Source: Eledone cirrhosa (lineage: Eukaryota). From it: a stretch of 64,000 nucleotides of DNA. The position numbers and the translations under genes were made by a program. Position 1 is the stretch's first letter. Every line of letters begins with the position of its first letter. Of the stretch, positions 23,946 to 39,200 are shown one piece after another. The notes under the pieces were generated by a model. It saw only the letters and a list, made by a program, of their open reading frames with translations. It was not told where the DNA came from and did no database searches. The DNA lies in NCBI GenBank assembly GCA_964016885.1, contig OZ024742.1:46624001-46688000 (forward strand). The letters are read 5' to 3'.

Positions 23946-25989
23946 AACTATGAACTGTAAATGCCTGTCAGCCGGGAACAGCTTCTCTGCCAGTAAATAG
24001 TTTGACCCCATTACACATATAATCTTTGTTTTATTATAAGCAAAATGGCTCAAACATGAATGACGAAATTCAGCATAAATAAATTCTAAGAGATACGTTT
24101 ATCTAGAAATAGCAATGTGTTGTATGAATATTTGCTAAGAATGTGGTAATAATTTGAGTTACGAGCATGGACTTCAGAATCAAAGCTAGCTCAATATTAT
24201 AGAATCATTGAGAATCACTTTTGTAGGTAAGTTGTTCTACCAATAGCTTCCCTAAGAGGTGAAGCCAGATTTTTTAGTTCTCATGCAGAAAATAATAACC
24301 AACATTCGTGTACCATGGAAACAAATTATATAAAATCTCGGTTCTAGCAGAAGAAAAGTAGTGTGAAGCTGCTGGGCATTTAATCTTCTCCAAGGTGATA
24401 CTGACTATTGAAGTCGATCTATTAAATATTAGTGGAGTTGGGTCTTCGCAAAGATATCTTCATCTGTGAATTCTTTCAGATTGAAATAAACGAATTTATT
24501 CACACCAAAAGTAGCAAAATGTGCATAACAATACTTATATATTAAATCAGTATTTTCTCTAACACGTCAGAAACAACGAAGGAAAAACATTAATGTCAAA
24601 TCAGAATACCATGTTTTTTCTTTATCTTTTTAGCGTTAGAACCTATGGCAGATAAAAAAATCTGTGTTGTTATGTAAGTGTTCACCAACAATATTTGCCT
24701 GAAATCTCAGGAAACCATAAAGATTTGAAACACATAACATGTGTAAGGAATTCTTTTTCCTGACAGTAAATTAATATATCTTATCGATAGTCTGAATTCG
24801 ATCTAAAATCAAGTATAAATTCATATTCACACAGAAATTATCTCTTAAATCCAAGATTTCACAGACATACACATTACTATGCAAGAATAAAACATAAATA
24901 ACAATTGTTCAGTATTTCTAGTTTTATTATACAGTAAGTAATAAAGACGGTCAATTAAGAGATTCATATATTCTGGGATTTATTCAGGTTTTCTGAAATC
25001 TGTGTTAAAATCCCACCATTAACAACTTTGCCTTTCAACATTCCGTGGGTCGATAACATAAAGTCAAAATTGATTAACGGAATTGTTAATGCGTCAGATA
25101 TCTGTTCGGAATTTTCTATTCTTAGTTCAAATTCTAGTTAAGGGTTCCAATATCATAGATGGCCAGAGCTAATGACTCGACTACAGATTCTCCATTAATT
25201 ATGAAAGCAGCCTTTTTACCTCGCACTTTTCCATAAGTATATCTATATGTTCTGTCTATACATAATATACGTGTCATTCTGCCATTGTACTTGTGTGAGT
25301 ATATTTAGAGGTAAGTATAATTTTATAATTTCATCCGCTTCATCCATTCACCTATACCGGTCATATGGTATTATAGTCCCACTGCATCTTCCTTCTCTGT
25401 TCTATTCCCTTTATTATATATTTCTGGTTTATACATAACCATCTCACCACATACCTTATATTTCCCCTCTCATGCAGAGCCCAGTTCGAAACATTAGAAT
25501 CTGCTTCTCCTTTCGGTTAAATGAAAACCTCGTTCGATGCAACATTTTTTTTATAGTTCTAGAATTAATTGGCGTTTATTGATCGGATGATATAAATTAT
25601 GATTCTCTTCTGACTATAGCGATGTTACGTATCATTAAGCTAAATATTCGCTGTAGTTAATATATCATGTAAGCTCTGTTCATACGTGCTCAGTTATTGA
25701 TAGGTATACTTTTAAATTCTGACAATTAAATCCCCTTTCGGTCTCGTCTCCTGTGATGTGAAGCGTAAGGTTAGGTTGAATAAGTGAACAAGTCAGGGGC
25801 CAGCGAATAGTGAATTAATATTGTGTGGCTAAAGCTGTATTCTCACTACAGTTAAGCCGGCTAATGTAACGTCTATAAGGCGAAGAATCGGTATATAAAT
25901 CATAAGTTTTCTGTTTAATTGTTAACTTCTTAGTTGTTTAATGGGAAATAATTATTGTATAAAAACTAAGGGAATTTCATCTTGAACTG

Positions 25990-26044
<55 letters not shown>

Positions 26045-26230
26045 GGGATAAAAAGTTATCGTTATAGGCAATCCACCAAGATGGGGCAGTAATATCTACA
26101 AACATCTACCAATTATCATGTCAGCCCATAAATCAATCTAGCCTTTGGTCTTGTTTATTCTTTCGGACCAAACAATTATATCTACATATCTCATATTAGC
26201 ACCCATGATAATAATAATAATAATAATAAT

Positions 26231-26263
<33 letters not shown>

Positions 26264-26398
26264 ACGAAGGAAATGTTGTAAGGAACCAGGTGGACCATAA
26301 CGCACCAAAGTACTCAATACTTAGGCTAGTAGAGTGGGTAATAGTCCAGAATTAGCCGTCGAAACGGCTTGAGCTCAGCCGTCGGGGTCCTACTCGTT

Positions 26399-26445
<47 letters not shown>

Positions 26446-27072
26446 ATTATTATTATCTCCCAACGAGCGGAATATTGAGAGTAAGTTAAACAATTTTTCA
26501 CTTTTTATTGTGTTTTTGTTTTGATATGCACTCTTTTTCCTGCTACTAATTTTGTCTCTCACTCTTTTAAGTTGTGAATTAGACTGGTTATCTACGCACG
26601 TGGCTGACACATTTCAGCTCGCTATTATATTGCTATATAATGGATGATCGCATTTAAAGTCCGTTAAAGTTTCTTGGCACTACCATTGTTACCATCGCTT
26701 TCCTCTAGCCATAGGGCTTGGAGACATGAACCGAATGCTACCATTCTATTTTATATCAATGTGAACTGCTATTTCTAATAGCCATCTTTTCACCCCTTGA
26801 TAATTTGTGTGTGAGACACGTTGGGTGAGGATTTCTGCCAGAAACTAAAAGATTGATTCTTTTTAGCTTCCCGTCCCCACGTAAAATTTGTAAATCAGTG
26901 GCTGGTTGAGAGATAGAGTCCTATCGGTTGCCAGCTGCTAATCGCTTTATCGTGTCGGTTGTCACAAACAGTCATGACCGGCATGGGCTGGTGTTTGGAT
27001 TCTGTCGATCGATTGGTTATTGATTAGGCGATACCCGCTGATGAAGCCGCATAAGCCGATTCTGCATTGTTG

Positions 27073-27786
<714 letters not shown>

Positions 27787-28136
27787 AAGTACTCCACGCC
27801 GTGAGTACCATTAGGTATAACCTGTATGGTATCAGACGGAGGGTCAATATTATAATAGAGGAGACATGGTATTACGTATACATCTTCAGTTTAACACATC
27901 GTCCTGTTATGCACATTTGAAAGCTATCAAGGTCGTTGTGTTACGATTATTTGATGTGTTTCTTCAGGCAGATAGTTAGGTGAAATATTATTTTGTTTTT
28001 GTTTCTGATATACTCGCCATAGTATAGAACTCAATGTTGGCAGTCCGGTTATAATCAAGCCAGACTGTAATACTTGATAATACCACGTCTCTTCTCTTTC
28101 ATATAATATTAATATACACACACACACACACCCACA

Positions 28137-28247
<111 letters not shown>

Positions 28248-29290
28248 ACACACGCCCCCCCATATATATATGTAATAAAGTTATATCTGTATTATACAGA
28301 ATAGAGGTAACCGAAACTGGGCAAATGTACATTTAAATTTACACATTTTTAGTGTATAGACATTTTCACTTGCCAAATATACGCATTTCCCTGTAAATAA
28401 AGAAAAAACAAATGACAAATACCTTTAATCGATTTTCAGGCCTAGTGGGGTACTCACTAGAAGGCCGGTAGATTAACATAATTGGTAGAATGGCAAATAA
28501 TGTTTTTTAGATTATTTGATTATATTCTTAGTTCGAATCCCGCCTTTCATCTTCAAGTTTCGATAAAATATATTGTTCTCTCCGAATTTTTGATCTTGCG
28601 TCTGTATTAGAAATCAATATGATTTATCGTAACAATAAATTCAATATATAACTTAGTTAAATCTCATCGAAAATATCGAATGATTTTATGATATCTTAGT
28701 ATATTGGAAGTTAGTGGTCATATCATGTCTTGATAATGATAAGTGTCAGTTGAAATATCTGCCACGCGACTGATGTGATTGTAGAAATTGGAAATTAGTG
28801 GAAAACCATATAAACATTTATTATAACTAATTTTAGAAAAATCTAATTTGGAACACCACACCGACTTTGTACTTATCAATCGATTAAACATTCAATTCGT
28901 AAGCGATAGATAGGTGGTTCGAATCTAATCACCGAGTTTATATAAACACACACATACACACACACAGACATACAAACACAAACAGACACACACACATACA
29001 CACACTCACAGAGGTGCACACACTCAAACAAGTGTACTGGTAGACATTGCTCAGCAGTGTTAGAAGGTAGCCAGACTAAAAGAAGAACGATCACCAGTAT
29101 TTCTTCGGTTTCCACATTTTCTATAATCATATTGCAGATTTATACTAAAACATATAATTGTACAACAACATACATAGTAAATATTTTCAATCAATAAAGC
29201 ACCTTCGAAAACAAATATTAGCTGCATAGACAGTAGTAAATTAGAAATTATTGGTAGAAAAGTCAAAGAAATGGTCATGAAGAAACTTAC

Positions 29291-29322
29291 CTGAAATATC
29301 GACCTCTGCGGAACGTGAAATT
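29291..29322 (-). other. Candidate 32-nt host micro-exon
   Basis: The minus strand reads TTGTTTTTATTTTTAAATTCAG|AATTTCACGTTCCGCAGAGGTCGATATTTCAG|GTAAGT, with all three frames open. Confidence 0.45.
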
Positions 29323-29927
29323 CTGAATTTAAAAATAAAAACAACAGTAGCAGAAGTCTATTTCCTTAGTTCTGTACAGAATGTTCTCACCTCATTGCAC
29401 TAATAAATTCAATATAATTAGAAATAGAAAGATCTAGAAATTTGATTCTTCCACATGATCTAGACTAAATATTCTTAATTACAATTTAGGAAAACAACGT
29501 TGATTATAATAAAACAAATATGAGACTAATATACCAAGCAGTACTAATAAGGCAACACAATTTTGTTACTTGAGGTTGATGAAAATGGCTGTTCAGGTGT
29601 GATGTAAGACTTCTAGAGATTAAACGTAACATTTTAAGTATAATTAAAATTCAAGGAAATGTTACTTTAACTTGAATATGTGAAAGGTTGATTCGTATAA
29701 CCCATTGAGATCACGCTCTAATTCATTTTATTTTTTCACCTGTCTTTCAGTTTATATATATTTATATATACATGTCTGTATGTATGTGTGCATTTGTATA
29801 TATGCATGTATGTATGCATGTATATATATATATATATATATATTATAGTTACATACACACTCACACATATATATATATGTATATATATATATGTTTGTGT
29901 GTATGTAAGTACGTAAGTATGTGCAAA

Positions 29928-30047
<120 letters not shown>

Positions 30048-30856
30048 CATATATATATTTCAGTAGAGGCTGTCGGTAAATGTATGTATAGAAAGATAAT
30101 TGTATTTTTATGGTGTGGTTGCATTCCTATTAAAAACTTTATTCCCAGAGGCACTCTCATTGTGTGTCTATGCTAAAACATAACTGTATTAATCTCGACA
30201 CTATTGCTATTTGTATTTCAAGAGTGATGAGAACAGAAAGTAGTATTATAATGTTTCATGTAGGAAAATATGCAAACATTGCTCAAAAGCATATATCTAT
30301 TATTTAAGAAACTTTTTTGTTTTAAGTGCAGCTGAAAAGAAAGTTTCTTATGAAATTTTATGTGGAATTGTGTCATGCATTTGTATGCTTATATATCGTA
30401 TCGTAAGCTGAGATAAATATTTTGGAATGATATATATTTGTGCATTAGACGTAAAGTATATTTAATAAATTTATTAATATCAACACATTTAAAAAAAATT
30501 AGAATCAAACACAATACTAGACTGGTATTATTTTATCGACCTCAAAAAGATGAAAGACGAAGTTCACATCGGCAGGATTTGAATTTAAAGAGTGCAGAAT
30601 GCTGGAGCAAATCCAACAATGCATTCTATAACATGTTCCAACAACTTTGCTGTGTCAATATTGGATATTTGACACATGACCTAATGAAAATATGCCAATA
30701 CATGCGCATTGTGTAGAAATACCTGGACATATTCAAAGGAGATTTACGTCTGCACACATATAACAGCTAACACATCATAGCACATTAATGAACCTTGTAT
30801 AAAAAGATGCACATGTTCCCACTCTATTTTCTCATACACACACGTGTCCCCATATA

Positions 30857-31230
30857 TACAGAGTGCGGACGGTATTTGAGGACAGATTTATAGTTTAAAA
30901 AAAAACGCTTATATAATAACAGAAAAAAACTGTATTCTTATAAAAATAATAAACATAAAGCTAAATTATCAATTTAATAATTTCATTCAATGAAACCCCC
31001 ATAAATATCTGCCTCTACACGGGGTCGAAATCGTTTGCAAGCTCAGATTATGTGGTTCTTGTTCATATCGGACAACACTCGAATTATGGCGGCTTTCAAA
31101 AAATCTTTGGTGCTATGGTGGTGTTCATTGGCATTTTTCTCAACGGTGGTCCATACATACTAGTCTAGTGGATTGAGATCTGGAGAATTAGGACGCCAAA
31201 TGACTGGTCTTCAGAATTTCAATTACGCGA
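30857..31230 (-). mobile_element. Tc1/mariner transposase C-terminal remnant plus terminal region
   Basis: Minus-strand translation WRPNSPDLNPLD*YVWTTVE..LKAAIIRV..ACKRFRPRVEA; TA-CAG terminus at ~30857. Confidence 0.75.
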
Positions 31231-31521
31231 ACGCATTATGAATATTTCGGTGGCTCAGTCTTATCATCCGATCAACATGCAAAACGTAGATGATTTCATC
31301 AGGTGTTAATTGCAGAATTAGTTCCATACGACAACAGGATTACGTCAATTACATACAAAAAGACATTAGAAAATAGAGGACCGATTCGATACACTTTTCC
31401 TACGTTCCTTTACCCTCTCTACGTCTCTTTCTACGCCTCCTCTTACATCTCTCTCTCATTACCACCTGATTCTGTTACCCGGAGATTTACCCATCTGCAT
31501 TGTTGAGGCTTCAGAAACGAC

Positions 31522-31558
<37 letters not shown>

Positions 31559-32549
31559 ATGTGTGTACGTGTGTGTCTACGTGTATATGTGTGTGCGTGC
31601 GTGTGTGTGTGGTTGAGTATGTGTATGTGTGTTATTGTAAATGAATTCTCATCACATGCCAACTAAGATTCCAAAGCTTACTCTTGCATAGGTCTCAGAA
31701 ACCTTATATTGGGTAGCGTTGCTTATGTTCCAGGCAACACCATGTTGGCCAACGTTATTTACATGAGATCTGCTGAAGTATACTACATTTGTCTTTTATA
31801 TAAAGTGTAACTACGTATTTATGAACAGTTTTCATATATTCGTATATTTCAGAAATATTAATGTGTGCATTTGTGTATTGAATGCTTCACTCACATTATT
31901 GATGTGTTTATATAAATTCCTGATATGTTGCGCGCATGCGCTTATCTTAAACAATTGTTCCGGGGGTTTTCAAATTAGAGAGTCTAGTCACTTAAGAAAA
32001 TCATTTAAACAGTTAATTGACACCGTCTGTATCCGGTGCTCTTTATCTAGACGTATGCTTGTCTTCTTTCTGCAATGGATGAATTAGTAAATTCACCCCG
32101 CTATTTCCTTACACTTAATTGGTAACTTATATTTTATTTTTTATACATTGTAAATGACTAATTTACTCTAATATGAATAAATTGCTTGCCTTTTCAGTAA
32201 ACGTATTTCTACTGTTTATTTCGAGAGACTGTCCTGTATTTCTGACAATATAAATCGACACATCAATTTTGAAAGTCTTTGTTGTTCTCGAAAAGATTGT
32301 GTAGATAAGTTGATATATTGTCAGTGTGATTTACTTTGATAATGAAATTATTTTTCATGTTAATTTTTAATGTTAATTGTGAATTAACTGTTTTTTTTTT
32401 ATCTGTATCAATAGAGAGACATATTACAAAAATAAAGGTTAAGTTGATGAATATCTTTGGTTAGCATTCTCTAATCTTAAAGTATACGCCGTAATACTTT
32501 TGTCTTTAGATATGGAGACCTTATACAATGTCTTACCACGTTGGAATAT

Positions 32550-32801
32550 ACTAAGGGCATGTAGTTAGAATGTCCCAGGAAAGAATCGCTAGATAGATTT
32601 TACGGACAAAACCAGCCGGCATGAGACCCAGGGGTATACTCCGAGCAAGATGGTTGGATAACATCCATGAACTCCACTAGTCAAGCTTGGGGATCAAGCC
32701 GGATCAGTTGGAGAGTGTTGCGTGTGACAGAACCTGCTGGAAGGAGTGTTTGAAGACTCTGGCCCACGACCCTCTCAGGAATAAGTGGGCAAAGAAGAAG
32801 A
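32550..32801 (+). mobile_element. 3' fragment of an RTE-clade LINE (related to 21905-23092)
   Basis: GGGCATGTAGTTAGAATGTCCCAGG..GCTGGAAGGAGTGTTTGA..AAAGAAGAAGA matches 22845-23090. Confidence 0.75.
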
Positions 32802-32991
32802 TAGTTGCTGATAATTATAATACATTGAGCTTTTCCATATCTTGATATATATGGCTGAAATAGATATCTTAATATATAATCCTATTCTTGATACACATAT
32901 ACACACATATGTGTGTGTGTGTGTGTCTATGTGTATGTATCATAATGCTGGCAATGGTAATGAAGGTGGCCATTATGGTGATGATAATAAT

Positions 32992-33100
32992 TGTTTCTAC
33001 TTTTGGCACAAGGCTAGCAATTATCCCAGTGCATTACTGGTACTTTATTTTATCGAACCCGTAAGGATGAAAAGCAAAGTTAAGATCGGCGGGATTTGAA
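32992..33100 (-). mobile_element. 5'-truncated SINE
   Basis: Core and tail motifs, with an (ATT) tail. Confidence 0.85.
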
Positions 33101-33249
33101 TGGTATGATAATAATAATTGTAATGAAGCAATAAGACAATCAGCAAAATCCAACAACAAACTTAACTAAAAATAAATAAAATTAATATTACAAAAAAGCT
33201 ATGAGAGAAAATGAAGCGAAACCCCATGAAAGAGACGCCACGTTATTCT

Positions 33250-36200
33250 ATCACTACCTTGCCCTCACTACTATTACCTCCCTCTACTACTACCTTCCTC
33301 TCACTACTATTACCTCCCTCTACAACTACCTTCCCCTCACTACTATTACCTCCCTCTACTACTACCTTCCTCTCACTACTATTACCTCCCTCTACAACTA
33401 CCTTCCCCTCACTACTATTACCTCCCTCTACTACTACCTTCCCCTCACTACTATTACCTCCCTCTACAACTACCTTCCCCTCACTACTATTACCTCCCTC
33501 TACTACTACCTTGCCCTCACTACTATTACCTCCCTCTACTACTACCTTCCCCTCACTACTATTACCTCCCTCTACTACTACCTTCCCTGACTACTATTAC
33601 CTCCCTCTACTACTACCTTGCCCTCACTACTATTACCTCCCTCTACTACTACCTTGCCCTCACTACTATTACCTCCCTCTACTACTACCTTCCCCTCACT
33701 ACTATTACCTCCCTCTACTACTACCTTCCCTCACTACTATTACCTCCCTCTACAACTACCTTCCACTCACTACTATTGCCTCTCCTACAACTAACTTCCC
33801 CTCACTACTATTACCTCCCTCTACTACTACCTTCCCCTCACTACCATTACCTCCCTCTACTACTACCTTCCACTCACTACTATTACCTCCCTCTACTACT
33901 ACCTTCCTCTCACTACTATTACCTCCCTCTACAACTACCTTCCCTCACTACTATTACCTCCCTCTACTACTACCTTGCCCTCACTACTATTACCTCCCTC
34001 TACTACTACCTTCCCCTCACTACTATTACCTCCCTCTACTACTACCTTCCCTCACTACTATTACCTCCCTCTACAACTACCTTCCACTCACTACTATTAC
34101 CTCCCTCTACAACTACCTTCCCCTCACTACTATTACCTCTCTCTACTACTACCTTCCCCTCATTACTATTACCTCCCTCTACTACTACCTTCCCCTCACT
34201 ACTATTACCTCCCTCTACTACTACCTTCCCCTCACTACTATTACCTCCCTCTACTACTACCTTCCCCTCACTACTATTACCTCCCTCTACTACTACCTTC
34301 CCCTCACTACTATTACCTCCCTCTACTACTACCTTCCCCTCACTACTATTACCTCCTTCTACTACTACCTTCCCCTCACTACTATTACCTCCTTCTACTG
34401 CTACCTTCCCTCACTACTATTACCTCCCTCTACTACTACCTTCCCCTCACTACTATTACCTCCTTCTACTACTACCTTCCCCTCACTACTATTACCTCCT
34501 TCTACTGCTACCTTCCCTCACTACTATTACCTCCCTCTACTACTACCTTCCCCTCACTACTATTACCTCCTTCTACTACTACCTTCCCCTCACTACTATT
34601 ACCTCCTTCTACTGCTACCTTCCCTCACTACTATTACCTCCCTCTACTACTACCTTCCCCTCACTACTATTACCTCCTTCTACTACTACCTTCCCCTCAC
34701 TACTATTACCTCCTTCTACTGCTACCTTCCCTCACTACTATTACCTCCCTCTACTACTACCTTCCCCTCACTACTATTACCTCCTTCTACTACTACCTTC
34801 CCCTCACTACTATTACCTCCTTCTACTACTACCTTCCCCTCACTACTATTACCTCCTTCTACTACTACCTGCCCCTCACTACTATTACCTCCCTCTACTA
34901 CTACCTTCCCCTCACTACTATTACCTCCCTCTACAACTACCTTCCACTTACTACTATTGCCTCTCCTACAACTACCTTCCCCTCACTACTATTACCTCCC
35001 TCTACTACTACCTTCCCCTCACTACTATTACCTCCCGCTACTACTACCTTCCTCTCACTACTATTACCTCCCTCTACTACTACCTTCCTCTCACTACTAT
35101 TACCTCCCTCTACTACTACCTTCCCTCACTACTATTACCTCCCTCTTCTACTACCTTCCCCTCACTACTATTACCTCCCTCTACTACTACCTTCCCCTCA
35201 CTACTATTACCTCCCTCTACTACTACCTTCCCCTCACTACTATTACCTCCCTCTACTACTACCTTCCCCTCACTACTATTACCTCCCTCTACTACTACCT
35301 TCCCCTCACTACTATTACCTCCCTCTACTACTACCTTCCCCTCACTACGATTACCTCCCTCTACTACTACCTTCTCCTCACTACTATTACTTCCCTCTAC
35401 AACTACCTTCCCCTCACTACTATTACCTCCCTCTACTACTACCTTCCCCTTACTACTATTGCCTCCCCTACAACTACCTTCCCTTCACTACTATTACCTC
35501 CCTCTACTACTACCTTCTCCTCACTACTATTACTTCCCTCTACAACTACCTTCGCCTCACTACTATTACTTCCCTCTACAACTACCTTCCCCTTACTACT
35601 ATTGCCTCCCCTACAACTACCTTCCCTTCACTACTATTACCTCCCTCTACTACTACCTTCCCCTCACTACTATTACCTCCCTCTACTACTACCTTCCCCT
35701 CACTACTATTACCTCCCTCTACTACTACCTTCCCCTCACTACTATTACCTCCCTCTACTACTACCTTCCCCTCACTACTATTACCTCCCTCTACAACTAC
35801 CTTCCACTTACTACTATTACTACCCTCTACAACTACCTTCCCCTCACTACTATTACTTCCCTCTACAACTACCTTCCCCTCACTACTATTACCTCCCTCT
35901 ACAACTACCTTCCCCTTACTACTATTGCCTCTCCTATAACTACCTTCCCCTCACTACTATTACCTCCCTCTACTACTACCTTCCCCTCACTACTATTACC
36001 TCCCTCTACTACTACCTTCCACTTACTACTATTACCTCCCTCTACAACTACCTTCCCCTTACTACTATTACCTCCCCTACAACTACCTTCCCCTCACTAC
36101 TATTACCTCCCTCTACTACTACCTTCCACTTACTACTATTGCCTCCCCTACAACTACCTTCCCTTCACTACTATTACCTCCCTCTACTACTACCTTCCTC

Positions 36201-39200
36201 TCACTACTATTACTTCCCTCTACAACTACCTTCCCCTCACTACTATTACCTCCCTCTACTACTATCTTCCCTCACTACTATTACCTCCCACTACTACTAC
36301 CTTCCCCTCACTACTATTACCTCCCTCTACTACTACCTTCCCTCACTACTATTACCTCCCTCTACTACTACCTTCCCCTCACTACTATTACCTCCCTCTA
36401 CAACTACCTTCCACTCACTACTATTACCTCCCTCTACTACTACCTTCCCCTCACTACTATTACCTCCCTCTACTACTACCTTCCCCTCATTACTATTACC
36501 TCCCTCTACTACTACCTTCCCCTCACTACTATTACCTCTCTCTACTACTACCTTCCTCTCACTACTATTACTTCCCTCTACAACTACCTTCCCCTCACTA
36601 CTATTACCTCCCTCTACTACTACCTTCCCTCACTACTATTACCTCCCTCTACTACTACCTTCCCCTCACTACTATTACCTCCCTCTACTACTACCTTCCC
36701 CTCACTACTATTACCTCCCTCTACTACTACCTGCCCCTCACTACTATTACCTCCCTCTACTACTACCTTCCACTTACTACTATTGCCTCTCCTACAACTA
36801 CCTTCCCCTCACTACTATTACCTCCCTCTACTACTACCTTCCGCTCACTACTATTACCTCCCTCTACTACTACCTTCCCTCACTTCTATTACCTCCCTCT
36901 ACTACTACCTGCCCCTCACTACTATTACCTCCCTCTACTACTACCTTCCCCTCACTACTATTACCTCCCTCTACTACTACCTTCTCCTCACTACTATTAC
37001 CTCCCTCAACAACTACCTTCCACTCACTACTATTACCTCCCTCTACTACTACCTTCCCCTCACTACTATTACCTCCCTCTACTACTACCTTCCCCTCACT
37101 ACTATTACCTCCCTCTACTACTACCTTCCTCTCACTACTATTACTTCCCTCTACAACTACCTTCCCCTCACTACTATTACCTCCCTCTACTACTACCTTC
37201 CCTCACTACTATTACCTCCCTCTACTCCTACCTTCCCCTCACTACTATTACCTCCCTCTACTACTACCTGCCCCTCACTACTATTACCTCCCTCTACTAC
37301 TACCTTCCCCTCACTACTATTACCTCCCTCTACTACTACCTTCCACTTACTACTATTGCCTCTCCTACAACTACCTTCCCCTCACTACTATTACCTCCCT
37401 CTACTACTACCTTCCCCTCACTACTATTACCTCCCTCTACTACTACCTTCCGCTCACTACTATTACCTCCCTCTACTACTACCTTCCCTCACTTCTATTA
37501 CCTCCCTCTACTACTACCTTCCCCTCACTACTATTACCTCCCTCTACTACTACCTTCCGCTCACTACTATTACCTCCCTCTACTACTACCTTCCGCTCAC
37601 TACTATTACCTCCCTCCACTACTACCTTCCCTCACTTCTATTACCTCCCTCTACTACTACCTTCCCCTCACTACTATTACCTCCCTCTACTACTACCTTC
37701 CCCTCACTATTATTACCTCCCTCTACAACTACCTTCCACTTACTACTATTGCCTCCCCTACAACTACCTTCCCCTCACTACTATTACCTCCCTCTACTAC
37801 TACCTTCCCCTCACTACTATTACCTCCCTCTACTACTACCTTCTCCTCACTACTATTACCTCCCTCTACAACTACCTTCCACTTACTACTATTACCTCCC
37901 TCTACAACTACCTTCCCCTCACTACTATTACCTCCCTCTACAACTACCTTCCACTTACTACTATTGCCTCTCCTACAACTACCTTCCCCTCACTACTATT
38001 ACCTCCCTCTACAACTACCTTCCACTTACTACTATTACTTCCCTCTACAACTACCTTCCCCTCACTACTATTACCTCCCTCTACTACTACCTTCCACTTA
38101 CTACTATTGCCTCCCCTACAACTACCTTCCCCTCACTACTATTACCTCCCTCTACTACTACCTTCCCCTCACTACTATTACCTCCCTCTACTACTACCTT
38201 CCACTTACTACTATTGCCTCCCCTACAACTACCTTCCCCTCACTACTATTACCTCCCTCTACAACTACCTTCCACTTACTACTATTACTTCCCTCTACTA
38301 CTACCTTCCCCTCACTACTATTACCTCCCTCTACTACTACCTTCCACTTACTACTATTGCCTCCCCTACAACTACCTTCCCCTCACTACTATTACCTCCC
38401 TCTACTACTACCTTCCCCTCACTACTATTACCTCCCTCTACTACTACCTTCCACTTACTACTATTGCCTCCCCTACAACTACCTTCCCCTCACTACTATT
38501 ACCTCCCTCTACAACTACCTTCCACTTACTACTATTGCCTCCCCTACAACTACCTTCCCCTCACTACTATTACCTCCCTCTACTACTACCTTCCCCTCAC
38601 TACTATTACCTCCCTATATTACTACCTTCCACTCACTAATATTACTACCCTCTACAACTACCTTCCCCTCACTACTATTACCTCCCTCTACTACTACCTT
38701 CCCTCACTACTATTACCTCCCTCTACTACTACCTTCCCCGCACTACTATTACCTCCCTCTACTACTACCTTCCCCTCACTACTATTACCTCCCTCTACTA
38801 CTACCTTCCCCTCACTACTATTACCTCCCTCTACTACTACCTTCCCCTCACTATTATTACCTCCCTCTACAACTACCTTCCACTTACTACTATTACTACC
38901 CTCTACTACTACCTTACCCTCACTACTATTACCTCCCTCTACAACTACCTTCCCCTCACTACTATTACTTCCCTCTACAACTACCTTCCCCTCACTACTA
39001 TTACCTCCCTCTACTACTACCTTCCCCTCACTACTATTACCTCCCTCTACAACTACCTTCCCCTCACTACTATTACTTCCCTCTACAACTACCTTCCCCT
39101 CACTACTATTACCTCCCTCTACTACTACCTTCCACTTACTACTATTGCCTCCCCTACAACTACCTTCCCCTCACTACTATTACCTCCCTTTACTACTACC

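Noticed and set aside
25465-25500. Degenerate hammerhead remnants (also ~48550-48580 and ~48860-48900)
   Set aside because: The core is too mutated to call; these are probably old PLE ends.
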